Notes: a model not told the origin generated them from the sequence alone. Numbered from the stretch's first letter, positions 9,814 through 22,545 are shown. The stretch: 61,610 bases of DNA from Flavobacteriaceae bacterium (GCA_013043005.1 JABDOZ010000063.1:1-61610), one strand, 5' to 3'. Translations and numbers: made by a program.

Positions 9814-10215
9814 ATGATAAAATCTGATGAAATTGAAATCAGAGTGCGTTATGGTGAAACAGATCAAATGGGGTATGTATATCACGGAAACTATGCACAA
9901 TATCTGGAAATGGGAAGAATTGAATGGCTGCGTAAGTTGGGAATTTCTTATAAAAAAATGGAAGAAGAAGGCATCATGCTGCCTGTGCTGTCATTAAGTA
10001 TAAATTTCAAAAAATCAGCCTATTATGATGATGTAATTAATGTAAAAACACAACTCCATAAATTGCCCTCTGCCCGTATTGAATTTGAATACGAATTGAC
10101 TAATGAACAAGGCGAAATTATTACTTCAGCAAGTACTGTTTTGGCCTTTGTAAATATGCATACAAAAAGGCCAATGAGGTGCCCAAATTATATTTTAGAT
10201 AAACTGCAGATTTAA
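9814..10215 (+). CDS. YbgC/4HBT-family acyl-CoA thioesterase
   Basis: Hot-dog fold signature VRYGETDQMGYVYHGNYAQYLE. Confidence 0.85.
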   Translation: MIKSDEIEIRVRYGETDQMGYVYHGNYAQYLEMGRIEWLRKLGISYKKMEEEGIMLPVLSLSINFKKSAYYDDVINVKTQLHKLPSARIEFEYELTNEQGEIITSASTVLAFVNMHTKRPMRCPNYILDKLQI

Positions 10216-10218
10216 TCG

Positions 10219-10824
10219 TTATAATGTAGCGATTTTAACGTCAAAAAGGGAATTGAAATTTTTTAAAACATTTTTTGCGTCATTTTTTCTTACAGAAATT
10301 TGAATTTGACAATCTAACTCCAATTTTTGATTTAAAATTTTCAATTTTTTTTCTTTGATGATCCGCATGACCTTATTCATGTTTTTGTATTCAAAGGAAA
10401 TTAAATAATCAATATTTATGGTTAGCTCAACAATTTTAGAAGCATCAAGAGTCATTTTTGCTGCAGTTCTATAAGCATTTATTAATCCACCAACACCTAG
10501 TTTAACACCACCAAAATAACGAACCACAACAATTAGGATGTTGGTAACATCAAATGATTGAATTTGACCATAGATTGGCATTCCGGCAGAATTGCCAGGT
10601 TCTCCATCATCATTTGCTCTAAATATTATGGATTCTGTTCCAATTGGGTATGCATAACACCAATGCCGAGCTGAATGATGATGTCTTTTTAAATTTCCAA
10701 GATGATATTTGACTTCATCTTTAGTTTTCACAGGAAATGCAAGACCATGAAACTTACTGTTCTTTTCCTTAAACAATACTTCTTCCGAAGGTTTTATTAT
10801 GGTTTTAAAAGTATCCTTGTCCAT
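10219..10824 (-). CDS. yigZ: IMPACT/YigZ family protein
   Basis: UPF0029 N-terminal motifs (HHSARHWCYAY, DDGEPGNSAGMPI, VVVRYFGGVKLG) plus a C-terminal DUF1949-like domain. Confidence 0.8.
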   Translation of the reverse strand: MDKDTFKTIIKPSEEVLFKEKNSKFHGLAFPVKTKDEVKYHLGNLKRHHHSARHWCYAYPIGTESIIFRANDDGEPGNSAGMPIYGQIQSFDVTNILIVVVRYFGGVKLGVGGLINAYRTAAKMTLDASKIVELTINIDYLISFEYKNMNKVMRIIKEKKLKILNQKLELDCQIQISVRKNDAKNVLKNFNSLFDVKIATL

Positions 10825-10830
10825 AATTTG

Positions 10831-11694
10831 TTAAGCCAATGTTACCAAAGTTATGGAAACCACCGCTATAGCTATTCCTATCCAATTTTTTGCATAAATA
10901 GTCTCTCTAAAGAGCACTAAGCCTATTAGAGTTGATAACATAACAATAGCAACATTATTGACAGTAAATATAGTTGAGCTTTCAGTTCCTTCATACTGCA
11001 ATGCCTTTAAAAGAAAATAAATTGAATAATAATTCACAATTCCTAATGCAACTCCGCCATATAGATTTTTGAATTCTAATTTAATAGGACTAACTATTAA
11101 CCTTTTAATTAGAATTCCAATACCAATGATTCCTGCAAAACAAAAGATAGTGGCGGAGAAAATGGGAATCCCATTTTGAGCAACATAGGTGGTCTCGAGA
11201 TATTTTATGGATGTATCAATAATTCCGGAACCCAAAAAAAGTATGACAGGTAAAAGAAGACCTTTACTTGTATTTATAGACGATTTGGATTTTATTGATG
11301 TTAAATAAACCGCAACCAAGGCAAGTATAATCCCCAGCACTTTTTGGAAACCTACACTTTCCTTATACATGTAAATCCCAAATATTACGGGAATGATCAC
11401 ACTCATTTTTGCTGCAACTGAAGCTACAGAAAGGCCATTGCGTTGAGCAGTTAATGCCATTACATTAAATATAGCTATAAAGAGAAATCCTAACGCAAAC
11501 GCACCGAAAAACCATTTTGAAGATACGATGTCTTCAACGTTAATAGGGGCATTATAACTAATTAATCCAAAAGAACAAGCTGTTATATAGTTTACAACTA
11601 TGGCCTGAAGCGTATTAACGCGGTATCTTTCGAATAATTTAAATAGAATAAGTATTATAGTGGAAGCCGCTATACTTAGTAAGAGATATATCAA
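10831..11694 (-). CDS. DMT-superfamily (EamA-like) transporter
   Basis: About 10 predicted TM helices in two repeated halves, with size typical of the EamA family. Confidence 0.6.
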   Translation of the reverse strand: MIYLLLSIAASTIILILFKLFERYRVNTLQAIVVNYITACSFGLISYNAPINVEDIVSSKWFFGAFALGFLFIAIFNVMALTAQRNGLSVASVAAKMSVIIPVIFGIYMYKESVGFQKVLGIILALVAVYLTSIKSKSSINTSKGLLLPVILFLGSGIIDTSIKYLETTYVAQNGIPIFSATIFCFAGIIGIGILIKRLIVSPIKLEFKNLYGGVALGIVNYYSIYFLLKALQYEGTESSTIFTVNNVAIVMLSTLIGLVLFRETIYAKNWIGIAIAVVSITLVTLA

Positions 11695-12308
11695 AACAAG
11701 TTTTTATTAACTGTAAATAAATTAACAATATCCTCTGAATTTTCATCAATATTCCAAGTATGAATACCAATTTGATTGGCTGCATCTGTATTTTCCTTTG
11801 TATCATCAATAAAAAGCGTTTCAGAAGGGACTAAATTATTTTCTTGTATTACAAATTCAAAGATTGCTCTATCAGGTTTTCTTAAGTTTATTTCATGTGA
11901 TAAATAGAATCTGTCAAAACAGTTTTTAAAGTCAATATAAAAAGGCACCTGATTTTTAACCCATTCCATATGCAATTCATTGGTATTGCTCAACAAAATT
12001 AGTTTGTATTTATTTTGCCCTCTAAGATTTTGCAGGAATTCAAATTTGTATTTTGGAAATTCAACAAGAACATAGTTCCATATTTTTATAACATCTTTTC
12101 TGGAAATATGAGGGAAATAATTAAAATAGAAATTGATAAATACTGAAGTAGAAACCAGCCCTTGTTCATATAAACAATTGATAGCAACCATTTCATCAGT
12201 AAGCTTCTCAATTTGAAATACATCTAAGGCATTTCTCATCGCTCCTGGTTTATTCAGATTTAGAAAGACATCTCCAAAATCAAAAATTAAATTCTTAATC
12301 ATTTTCAT
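11691..12308 (-). CDS. HAD-superfamily hydrolase
   Basis: Motif I FDFGDV, motif II LLSNT and motif IV FIDD. Has 4-nt overlaps with both neighbours. Confidence 0.75.
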   Translation of the reverse strand: MKMIKNLIFDFGDVFLNLNKPGAMRNALDVFQIEKLTDEMVAINCLYEQGLVSTSVFINFYFNYFPHISRKDVIKIWNYVLVEFPKYKFEFLQNLRGQNKYKLILLSNTNELHMEWVKNQVPFYIDFKNCFDRFYLSHEINLRKPDRAIFEFVIQENNLVPSETLFIDDTKENTDAANQIGIHTWNIDENSEDIVNLFTVNKNLF

Positions 12309-13299
12309 AGCATTTTAAAATGTCCTGATCTATTTTTTGATCTGAAATCAATTTTCCTTTAAATTTTGGAGCTTTTATACCTTCTTTAAAATCAATATTT
12401 CCGGTAAATACTCGAGCCTCATCCCAAAGGTCTTCATCAATAAACGTTTGCAGGGTTTGTAAACCTCCTTCAATGATTATGGAATTAATTTGAATGTTAT
12501 ATAAGTATTTACAAATTTGATGAGCTATTTTTTTAGAGAAATCAATATTTTTTTCTGATATAATAATTGCTTTAGCATCTGAATTGAACACATTGAAATC
12601 TCTTGATAAATTCTGCTTGTGATCCAAAACAATTCTTGTTGGATTCTTACCTGTCCAATCTCTAACTGTAAGCGTTGGATTATCTTGTATAACCGTATTT
12701 GAACCAACCAGGATGGCTTGTTCTTCTGCTCGCCATTTATGGACCAGCTGCCTTGAAATAGAATTTGCAATCCATACAGGTTTTAATTCATCTTTTGATA
12801 TTGGAGCAATAAATCCATCCAAGGTTTCAGCCCATTTTAAAATAATGTAAGGCCGCTTTTTATTATGAAAAGCAAAAAAACGTTTATGATGCTCTTTGCA
12901 TTCATTTTCTAAAACTCCAACAGTTACATCGCATCCAGAATTTCTCAATTTCTCAATGCCTTTTCCAGCCACTTTTTCATTCTCATCTAAACAACCAATT
13001 ACTACTTTAAGAATTTTATTTTTAATAATCAGATCGCTGCAAGGAGGCGTTTTTCCATGATGGGAGCAAGGCTCTAATGTAACATATAAGGTGGATTCCT
13101 TTAAAAGCGATCTATCATTAACAGAATTTATGGCGTTTACTTCTGCATGGTTCCTTCCATAAGCACTCGTATACCCTTCACCTATAATTTGGTTTTTGTA
13201 AATAATTACAGAACCTACCATTGGGTTTGGTCTGGTTGTTCCTAGACCATTTTTAGCAATTTGTAAACATCGTTTAATATAAGTTTCGTGCAAGGTCAA
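12295..13299 (-). CDS. ribD: bifunctional riboflavin biosynthesis deaminase/reductase RibD
   Basis: Deaminase zinc motifs HAEVNAI and PCSHHGKTPPC, followed by a RibD C-terminal reductase domain. Confidence 0.92.
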   Translation of the reverse strand: MTLHETYIKRCLQIAKNGLGTTRPNPMVGSVIIYKNQIIGEGYTSAYGRNHAEVNAINSVNDRSLLKESTLYVTLEPCSHHGKTPPCSDLIIKNKILKVVIGCLDENEKVAGKGIEKLRNSGCDVTVGVLENECKEHHKRFFAFHNKKRPYIILKWAETLDGFIAPISKDELKPVWIANSISRQLVHKWRAEEQAILVGSNTVIQDNPTLTVRDWTGKNPTRIVLDHKQNLSRDFNVFNSDAKAIIISEKNIDFSKKIAHQICKYLYNIQINSIIIEGGLQTLQTFIDEDLWDEARVFTGNIDFKEGIKAPKFKGKLISDQKIDQDILKCYEND

Positions 13300-13301
13300 G
13301 A

Positions 13302-13757
13302 CTAAAGTTTGATTTTGACATCTTCAGTTTTATCAATGTCATAGGTGTATGTAAATCCCAGAGTTTTATACTTGATATTACCTTTATATTGTACTTTTAA
13401 TTTTTTGCTAAGCAAACCACCTATTAGTCCCCCAATATTCTTTCCGCTAAATATTCTATCTGCAGGGATTTTTGCCTTTAATGGAATACTAAACTCTTTT
13501 TTTGCAGGCACTTTAAAGCTTTCTGATGATACAGTAGCCATTTCATTGTCATTTACAAAAACTTTTATGCCATCTGATTTTAGTTCACCACCTATATCAT
13601 TTGGATTCAGGAAAAATGCATCAGCTGCCAAAGTAACATTATCAGAAGTAGACTCAAGAACCTTGATGTTTTCCAACCTTAAAAACTCTGGTTTTTCTTT
13701 TACTTTGCAACTAAAAACAGTTAGTGTTATTGTTAATAAGATTATAACTTTCTTCAT
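13302..13757 (-). CDS. LEA type-2 / NDR1-HIN1-like lipoprotein
   Basis: Lipobox LTVFSC. The beta-rich 150-aa protein resembles the LEA_2 family. Confidence 0.5.
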   Translation of the reverse strand: MKKVIILLTITLTVFSCKVKEKPEFLRLENIKVLESTSDNVTLAADAFFLNPNDIGGELKSDGIKVFVNDNEMATVSSESFKVPAKKEFSIPLKAKIPADRIFSGKNIGGLIGGLLSKKLKVQYKGNIKYKTLGFTYTYDIDKTEDVKIKL

Positions 13758-13821
13758 TATTATTTTTTCTAATTTAATGTATCTTCAACCCTCAGTTTGG
13801 CAATAAAAATAATACTTTAAT

Positions 13822-14313
13822 GTGAGTAAAAATAATATTGTTATTAGAGAAATCAATAAGGATGATAACCCTTATATTGAAGGAATTATAAAAGCCTGCT
13901 TTCATGAGTTTAACATTCCTTTAAAAGGGACGGCCTATGAGGATATTGAAACAACACAAATGTTTGAATCTTATCAAAAGGAAAATGAAGTTTATTTTGT
14001 TGTAAAATATAATGGAGAGATAGTTGGCGGTGCAGGAATAAAGCAATTGAAAGATTTTAACAAGGAATATTGTGAGCTTCAAAAAATGTACTATTCTCCA
14101 ACAGTCAGAGGTAAAGGAATTGGAAAAAAGATGCTGCAAAAATGCTTGAAAAAGGCAAAAGAATTGGGCTATAAGACATGCTATTTGGAATCGGCTTCTC
14201 AGCTTAAAGCTGCCATTCATATTTATGAATCATTTGGGTTTCAACATTTAGAAGAACCTTTGGGAAATACAGGACATTTTTCATGTGGAATATGGATGAT
14301 TAAGGAGATATGA
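13822..14313 (+). CDS. GNAT family N-acetyltransferase
   Basis: GNAT motif A VRGKGIGKKMLQKCL. GTG start. Confidence 0.8.
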   Translation: MSKNNIVIREINKDDNPYIEGIIKACFHEFNIPLKGTAYEDIETTQMFESYQKENEVYFVVKYNGEIVGGAGIKQLKDFNKEYCELQKMYYSPTVRGKGIGKKMLQKCLKKAKELGYKTCYLESASQLKAAIHIYESFGFQHLEEPLGNTGHFSCGIWMIKEI

Positions 14314-15175
14314 GACTAAATGACTTGAAAAACATATTTCATGAAGAACTAGATGGTCTCTACGGACAAGAAGAAGTGAATAATTTCTTTTTTATACTTA
14401 TTGAAGAATTTTACAAAATCCATAGAATCGAACTAGCCTTGCAACCAGAAACTTCTATAACTAAAAAAGAACAAGAACCTATTTTTAAAGCCTTAGATGA
14501 ATTAAAAAAGGAAAAGCCAATACAATATATACTAGGGAAAACAGAATTTTTTGGATTGCCATTTAAAGTGAATAGTGAGGTTTTAATACCACGTCCTGAA
14601 ACGGAAGAACTTGTTGCACTCATTCTTGATACTGTCACTTCGAGTGCAGTTAAGAAGTCTCTTAAAATATTGGATATTGGTACCGGTAGCGGATGTATAG
14701 CTATTTCATTGGCTAAAAATTTACCAATTTCGAAAGTCTATGCCATCGACGTTTCAACTGAAGCACTAAAAGTTGCAAGAGAAAATGCCAGATTAAATAA
14801 TGTTGAGGTCGTATTTATTGAAGTTGATATATTATCGATTAGTAATACTGCTCTTGACGAATCCAAATTTGATGTGATAGTTTCCAATCCACCTTATGTA
14901 AGGCAACAAGAGAAGCAAGAAATCAAAAATAATGTATTGAAAAATGAGCCACATTTAGCCTTATTTGTGAGAGATGACGATTCTCTACAATTTTATAAAG
15001 CGATAGTTCAATTTGGGTTGAAAAATTTAACTAAAAAAGGGCTGTTGTTTTTTGAGATCAATGAGTATCTTGGTGCGGAAATGGTTAAATTGTTAAGAGA
15101 GAGTAATTTTAATATTGTTGAACTCAGAAAAGATATGTTTGGTAAAGACCGAATGATAAAAGCAACAGGATATAT

Positions 15176-15179
<4 letters not shown>
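14310..15179 (+). CDS. prmC: peptide chain release factor N5-glutamine methyltransferase
   Basis: SAM motif DIGTGSGCIAISLA and catalytic NPPY (VSNPPYV). Confidence 0.9.
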
Positions 15180-17753
<2,574 letters not shown>

Positions 17754-17820
17754 ATTTTATTAGTGCATTTCATCGATTAAAGGTTGATTTTTTCCGTCAA
17801 ATATCATTTTTTACATACCT

Positions 17821-18555
17821 TTGAATTCCAAATCTAATAAATTGAGCTATATAAAACCTAAACATGTAGTTAGTCTTATCATGCTTTGCAGCATGATTTT
17901 CCTTATTTCCCATGTTAATGGAAATGAATGGCTGGCCAACGCGTCCAGAGCGTTTATTGTTCCGTTATTTGCAGTCTTATATTTCATTAATTCCAGAGAA
18001 ATTAGCACGTATTTCTCACTTTTTTTGATCTGTTATTCTATTTCTGATCTCATTTCAATAGTTGGATTTAAGTTAAATTTAGAATGGGAGTATTATATAG
18101 GCAATGCTTTATACATAGTTGCCTATTTTGCACTGGCTTATGAGATATTGCGATCTATAAACATGGCACATATTTTAAAGCATTTTAAGATTCATGTTTT
18201 CGTTTTAATCATTTTAAATATCTATGTGAACTTTGTACTAGTAAAATTTCAGCCGAATTACTTCTCCGGAACAGATTTTACATTAGAATTGTTCTATAAC
18301 ATCGCTACTTTAATTCTAGTATCTGTTTCACTGCTCAATTATTTCTATAGAGACGATAATAAAGCACTAATGCTATTTCTAGGCTCTCTTTCTATTGCAG
18401 TATCTGAAGTTATTCAAATTGCCTATTATTATGTCATTGATAAGTCTGATTCAAATCTACTTAATGTTTCCTACTCTCTATTTTTAATACTAGGTTTCTA
18501 CTTTTATTATTCACAGTCCAAGTTAGAATACGAAGAAGTTTTGGTTATCGCCTAA
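17821..18555 (+). CDS. hypothetical polytopic membrane protein (about 8 TM)
   Basis: Almost entirely hydrophobic helices, with distant similarity to the neighbouring ORF 18694..19422. The TTG start is uncertain. Confidence 0.5.
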   Translation: MNSKSNKLSYIKPKHVVSLIMLCSMIFLISHVNGNEWLANASRAFIVPLFAVLYFINSREISTYFSLFLICYSISDLISIVGFKLNLEWEYYIGNALYIVAYFALAYEILRSINMAHILKHFKIHVFVLIILNIYVNFVLVKFQPNYFSGTDFTLELFYNIATLILVSVSLLNYFYRDDNKALMLFLGSLSIAVSEVIQIAYYYVIDKSDSNLLNVSYSLFLILGFYFYYSQSKLEYEEVLVIA

Positions 18556-18665
18556 ATCAAAGTGATTTTATTAAATTGTAAGAAATTTCTATATAAATAG
18601 GGTGAATTGCAATTAATTTTAACATAAAAATCGATGAAATACACTTTTTAATCGATTAAAAGATT

Positions 18666-18673
18666 TATCTTTG
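18666..18673 (+). promoter_or_regulatory. candidate -7 promoter box (TAnnTTTG)
   Basis: TATCTTTG lies 20 nt upstream of the ATG at 18694. Confidence 0.4.
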
Positions 18674-18693
18674 TCTAACCTACTTATGTTATT

Positions 18694-19422
18694 ATGATTA
18701 TTAATTGGATAAAGCAGTCTGATAATAAATTACTTTTATTTGTATTGCTATTGTTTTTTATAAAGCTTATTTCCTTTTTCACTGTTGGTGAGAACTTCTT
18801 ACGTTTTACAGAACCCTGGGTGCTTTTATCTATTCTGTTTCTATTTATTTATAAATATCGAAAAATAAGTATTGTATTAAAGGGATTTATATTATTTGCA
18901 TTATTAGGGGATGTATCGGGTTTATTTGCAATGCAAATCAAAGGAATAGAATTAGAGACAATAGCTTATTGCCTGGGTTATCTCTGCTTAATCTATGAAG
19001 CAATATATAAAATTAAGAAGTTCAAAATAAGCTTTATCATTGCTCTTTACTTAATATTTGTTTTTTCAGTCAATATCTATTTCATTTATGAGTTGTATGA
19101 TATTTTTAGAGAAGTCATTGTAAATAATCTTGAACTTAGTTTAATTGTGGTTAGATTGGTCTCTCTTTTATTGTTTGCCTTGTTTTCATTTACTGTTTAT
19201 TTAAGTTCAGAAACCAAACAGTCTATTTTGTTATTGTTAATGTCTATTAGTCTGATTTTTTCCGATATCTTATACTTAATAAATGAATATTACCTGTATT
19301 TATGGGTATTTGAATTGCTGAGTAAAACCTTGTATATAGCTACATTCTATTGCTTCTATTTATATGTATCGGGTTATTACAGGTCGAATTCAAATCCGAG
19401 ATTTAAAGAATTGATGCCCTAA
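18694..19422 (+). CDS. hypothetical polytopic membrane protein (about 8 TM), distant paralogue of 17821..18555
   Basis: Same length and architecture as the preceding ORF, with local similarity near the C-terminus. Confidence 0.5.
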   Translation: MIINWIKQSDNKLLLFVLLLFFIKLISFFTVGENFLRFTEPWVLLSILFLFIYKYRKISIVLKGFILFALLGDVSGLFAMQIKGIELETIAYCLGYLCLIYEAIYKIKKFKISFIIALYLIFVFSVNIYFIYELYDIFREVIVNNLELSLIVVRLVSLLLFALFSFTVYLSSETKQSILLLLMSISLIFSDILYLINEYYLYLWVFELLSKTLYIATFYCFYLYVSGYYRSNSNPRFKELMP

Positions 19423-20333
19423 ACAATTATTGAAGTACCGCTGCCGGATTTTTTCTGATCTTCATCAAAATAGAAGTCAACCCTTCCTAGCTTAAGACCG
19501 TAGCAACCTACCTGATTTACCAATACATTATTGCCTTCAAAATTCTTTTCTACAGTAGGTTTTGGCAAAAAAGTATGGGTATGACCACCAATTATTAAAT
19601 CAATATCTTTTGTAGCCTTGGCCAAATTAAGATCACTGATTTTTTGTGAATAATTCTTGTAATAATATCCTAAGTGGGATAAACAAATAACAATGTCACA
19701 ATTTTTCTCTTCTTTCAAAATCCTACTCATGTCTTGAGTGATTTCAATAGGATCCAAATAAACAGTTTCCTTATAAAGCCTTTTATCTACTAGACCTTCA
19801 AGCTGAATACCCATTCCAAAAACACCTATTCGAATTCCTCCTACATTAAAAATTTTATATGGTTTTACAAGAGTATCTAAAACGGTATTCTTAAAATCGT
19901 AGTTGGCAGAAATAAACTCAAACTTTGCATGGGGCCACTGAGCAAATAACCCATCAATTCCATTGTCAAAATCATGATTACCGATTGTTGCAGCATCATA
20001 CTCTAACATGCTCATGAGCTTAAATTCCAATTCACCCCCATAATAATTAAAATATGGAGTACCTTGAAAAATGTCACCAGCATCCAGCAATAAAGTGTTA
20101 GGGTTTTCTTCACGGATGGATTTAATTAATGCAGCTCTTCTGGCAACACCACCTTGATTAGCATTTCTTCCGTCATCAGGCCCAAAAGGATCAATGTGAC
20201 TGTGTACGTCATTGGTATGTAGAATAGTAATATGTTTAGATCTAACAGAAGTAAATGATTGCAAACCTAAACCACCAATGGTTACCAAAGCAGCTGAGGC
20301 TGCCGATTGTTCAATAAATTTTCTTCTATTCAT
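19419..20333 (-). CDS. Tat-exported metallophosphoesterase (N-terminal-domain equivalent of UshA-type 5'-nucleotidase)
   Basis: Twin-arginine leader MNRRKFIEQSAASAA. Calcineurin-like motifs are present (HTNDVHS, DAGDIFQG, GNHDFD, GGHTH). Confidence 0.8.
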   Translation of the reverse strand: MNRRKFIEQSAASAALVTIGGLGLQSFTSVRSKHITILHTNDVHSHIDPFGPDDGRNANQGGVARRAALIKSIREENPNTLLLDAGDIFQGTPYFNYYGGELEFKLMSMLEYDAATIGNHDFDNGIDGLFAQWPHAKFEFISANYDFKNTVLDTLVKPYKIFNVGGIRIGVFGMGIQLEGLVDKRLYKETVYLDPIEITQDMSRILKEEKNCDIVICLSHLGYYYKNYSQKISDLNLAKATKDIDLIIGGHTHTFLPKPTVEKNFEGNNVLVNQVGCYGLKLGRVDFYFDEDQKKSGSGTSIIV

Positions 20334-20334
20334 T

Positions 20335-21093
20335 TTAATTGGTTTGAATGAATCGATTATCTCGGACAGGACGAATAGTATCTGTATTTTTTAAATAATC
20401 AATGAGTGCATTTCTTATCTTATAATCTAAAATGTAAAGGCTATCTGGTTCTTTAAAAAAGTTCATTCTGTCTCCGCCATTCGCTAAATAGTCATTTGTG
20501 CATACCAAATAGTTTTTGTTAAAATCTAAAGGTCTTTCATTTAATGAAGCAGTCTTCAAATTAAGATCTGTGTCTAATTCTATGTTTAACTTAGAAATAG
20601 GATGTGCTCTTTTGTTTCTTACTAAGTATTCAATTAATTCTTTCACTTTTTGCCCTTGAAGATCTAAAACGACAATAGAATTTTCAAATGGCATTACTTT
20701 GAAAGCAGTACGCGTGGTAACATTTCCTTTTGAGATAATTGATCTTATTCCGCCATGGTTTAATAAAACAAAATCAATTTCCTTCCCGGTTCTTGATTTA
20801 AAAACCGGATTAGCCTGAACATAGACTAAATCTGCCATAAAATTACCAATAGCTGTATTCAATTCTCCATCAGACTTGGAATAAGTGTCAACAGAATACG
20901 CTAAAACACTATCAAGATCCTTATTTATATGATCCCTGTAAGGTTTAACAAATTCATCTATTGATGCTGTCGACCCTAAACTATCAGTAATATCAATATT
21001 TACTGCTTCAATCTTTGTCATGTAATTAGGATGCTTTTTACATGTCAGAAAAACCAAACAAGCCAATAGCAACAATATTAGTTTATGTCTCAT
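20335..21093 (-). CDS. 5'-nucleotidase C-terminal (substrate-binding) domain lipoprotein
   Basis: Lipobox VFLTCKK. Typical 5_nucleotid_C motifs are present (LLNHGGIR, MPFEN, NDYLANGGD). Confidence 0.8.
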   Translation of the reverse strand: MRHKLILLLLACLVFLTCKKHPNYMTKIEAVNIDITDSLGSTASIDEFVKPYRDHINKDLDSVLAYSVDTYSKSDGELNTAIGNFMADLVYVQANPVFKSRTGKEIDFVLLNHGGIRSIISKGNVTTRTAFKVMPFENSIVVLDLQGQKVKELIEYLVRNKRAHPISKLNIELDTDLNLKTASLNERPLDFNKNYLVCTNDYLANGGDRMNFFKEPDSLYILDYKIRNALIDYLKNTDTIRPVRDNRFIQTN

Positions 21094-21123
21094 TAATTCT
21101 AAGATTTATTAATTGTACTTTAT

Positions 21124-21131
21124 TACATTTG
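21124..21131 (+). promoter_or_regulatory. candidate -7 promoter box (TAnnTTTG)
   Basis: TACATTTG lies 19 nt upstream of the ATG at 21151. Confidence 0.4.
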
Positions 21132-21150
21132 TACAAAGCAATAAATATAA

Positions 21151-21669
21151 ATGTTTTTAAAGGGTTTTAAAGAGAAATCAAATCAAAAATTTATTAACAA
21201 ATTAATAGATTCTCGCAAGGCTGGGCTATCATCAAAAAAAATAGAATCTGTTGGTATATTAGTGAATCTAAGCGAGTTTGATGATTTTGAAACGTTGAGG
21301 ATTTTTTATGAAAGTTTAAAAATAAATCCAAACAAGATTAAAATTGTTGGATTTACAGAAGATAAAGATTTAGTTGAGTCATCGATAGAGTTGTTATACT
21401 CCGAAAAGCAAATTGGTTGGAAGGGAAAAATTAAAAATAATGAATTGATTTCATTTATAAACACAAACTTTGATGTCTTGGTTAGTTTTTACAAGAAGGA
21501 TAATTTGGAACTAAACTTAGTGACCGCTCTTTCTAAGGCTAATTTCAAGGTTGGACTTTCAAATTACGATGAGCGATTACATGATTTAATTTTAGATGTT
21601 TATACCAATAATTTTGAAGTTTTTAAAAATGAATTTATTAAGTACTTAACCATACTAAAAAAATTATAA
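21151..21669 (+). CDS. hypothetical protein (conserved upstream partner of dapA in flavobacteria, by recollection only)
   Basis: 172-aa soluble ORF with coding-like composition. Its stop abuts the dapA ATG (TAAATG). Confidence 0.45.
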   Translation: MFLKGFKEKSNQKFINKLIDSRKAGLSSKKIESVGILVNLSEFDDFETLRIFYESLKINPNKIKIVGFTEDKDLVESSIELLYSEKQIGWKGKIKNNELISFINTNFDVLVSFYKKDNLELNLVTALSKANFKVGLSNYDERLHDLILDVYTNNFEVFKNEFIKYLTILKKL

Positions 21670-22545
21670 ATGAAAGAATTAATAGGAACTGGGGTCGCTT
21701 TGGTCACACCATTTATGGATGACTTAACGGTTGATCATGAAGCGCTTAAAAGGATAGTGAAATTCAATATAGAAAATGGTGTTGATTATCTTGTAATATC
21801 TGGTACAACAGGAGAAAGTGTTACAATAACAAAACAGGAAAAAAAGGATATAATAGCCACCATTAAAAAAGAAAACAATGCAAAAGTTCCCTTGGTTTTG
21901 GGAATTGGAGGTAATAATACATCTCAGGTCATAGAGGAGATCAGGTCTACAGATCTTGATGGGATCTCAGCAATTTTATCTGTTTCCCCATATTACAGCA
22001 AACCAACTCAAGAAGGATTATATCAGCATTTTAAGTCCATTTCAAAATCTTGCCCAATTCCAATAATCTTATATAATGTTCCAGGGAGGACTTCTAAAAA
22101 TATGGAACCAAGCACAACTTTAAGGTTGGCTAAGGACTTTAAAAATATAATTGCAGTAAAAGAAGCTGGCAATAATGTGGCTCAATATTTAGAACTCTTA
22201 AAGAATAAGCCAAAAGATTTTTTAATAATTTCAGGTGATGATGATCTTGCCTTGGGTGTTGTATTATCAGGAGGCTCTGGTGTTATTTCTGTTATAGGAC
22301 AAGCATTTCCAAAAGAATTCTCAAAAATGATAAAACTGGGTTTGCAAGGAAATGCCAAAGAATCCTACAATTTGCATTTTAGACTTTTGGAAATTACAAG
22401 TCTTATTTTCTCAGAAAATAATCCAGCAGGAATAAAGGGTGTATTAGAGGCTTTAGGCATGTGTAAAGATAAAGTAAGACTACCATTAGTACCTGCATCA
22501 GAGGAATTAAAAAATAAAATAAACGACTTTTTAAAACAGTTTTAA
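21670..22545 (+). CDS. dapA: 4-hydroxy-tetrahydrodipicolinate synthase
   Basis: GTTGES motif (ISGTTGESVTIT), YNVPGRT, and the Schiff-base lysine context IIAVKEA. Confidence 0.93.
   Translation: MKELIGTGVALVTPFMDDLTVDHEALKRIVKFNIENGVDYLVISGTTGESVTITKQEKKDIIATIKKENNAKVPLVLGIGGNNTSQVIEEIRSTDLDGISAILSVSPYYSKPTQEGLYQHFKSISKSCPIPIILYNVPGRTSKNMEPSTTLRLAKDFKNIIAVKEAGNNVAQYLELLKNKPKDFLIISGDDDLALGVVLSGGSGVISVIGQAFPKEFSKMIKLGLQGNAKESYNLHFRLLEITSLIFSENNPAGIKGVLEALGMCKDKVRLPLVPASEELKNKINDFLKQF

Noticed and set aside
13345-13806. 153-aa plus-strand ORF fully antisense to the LEA_2 lipoprotein gene.
   Set aside because: The translation is low-complexity and Phe/Ser/Leu-rich with no motifs. The minus-strand ORF has a lipobox and a recognisable fold family. 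This is a typical shadow ORF.
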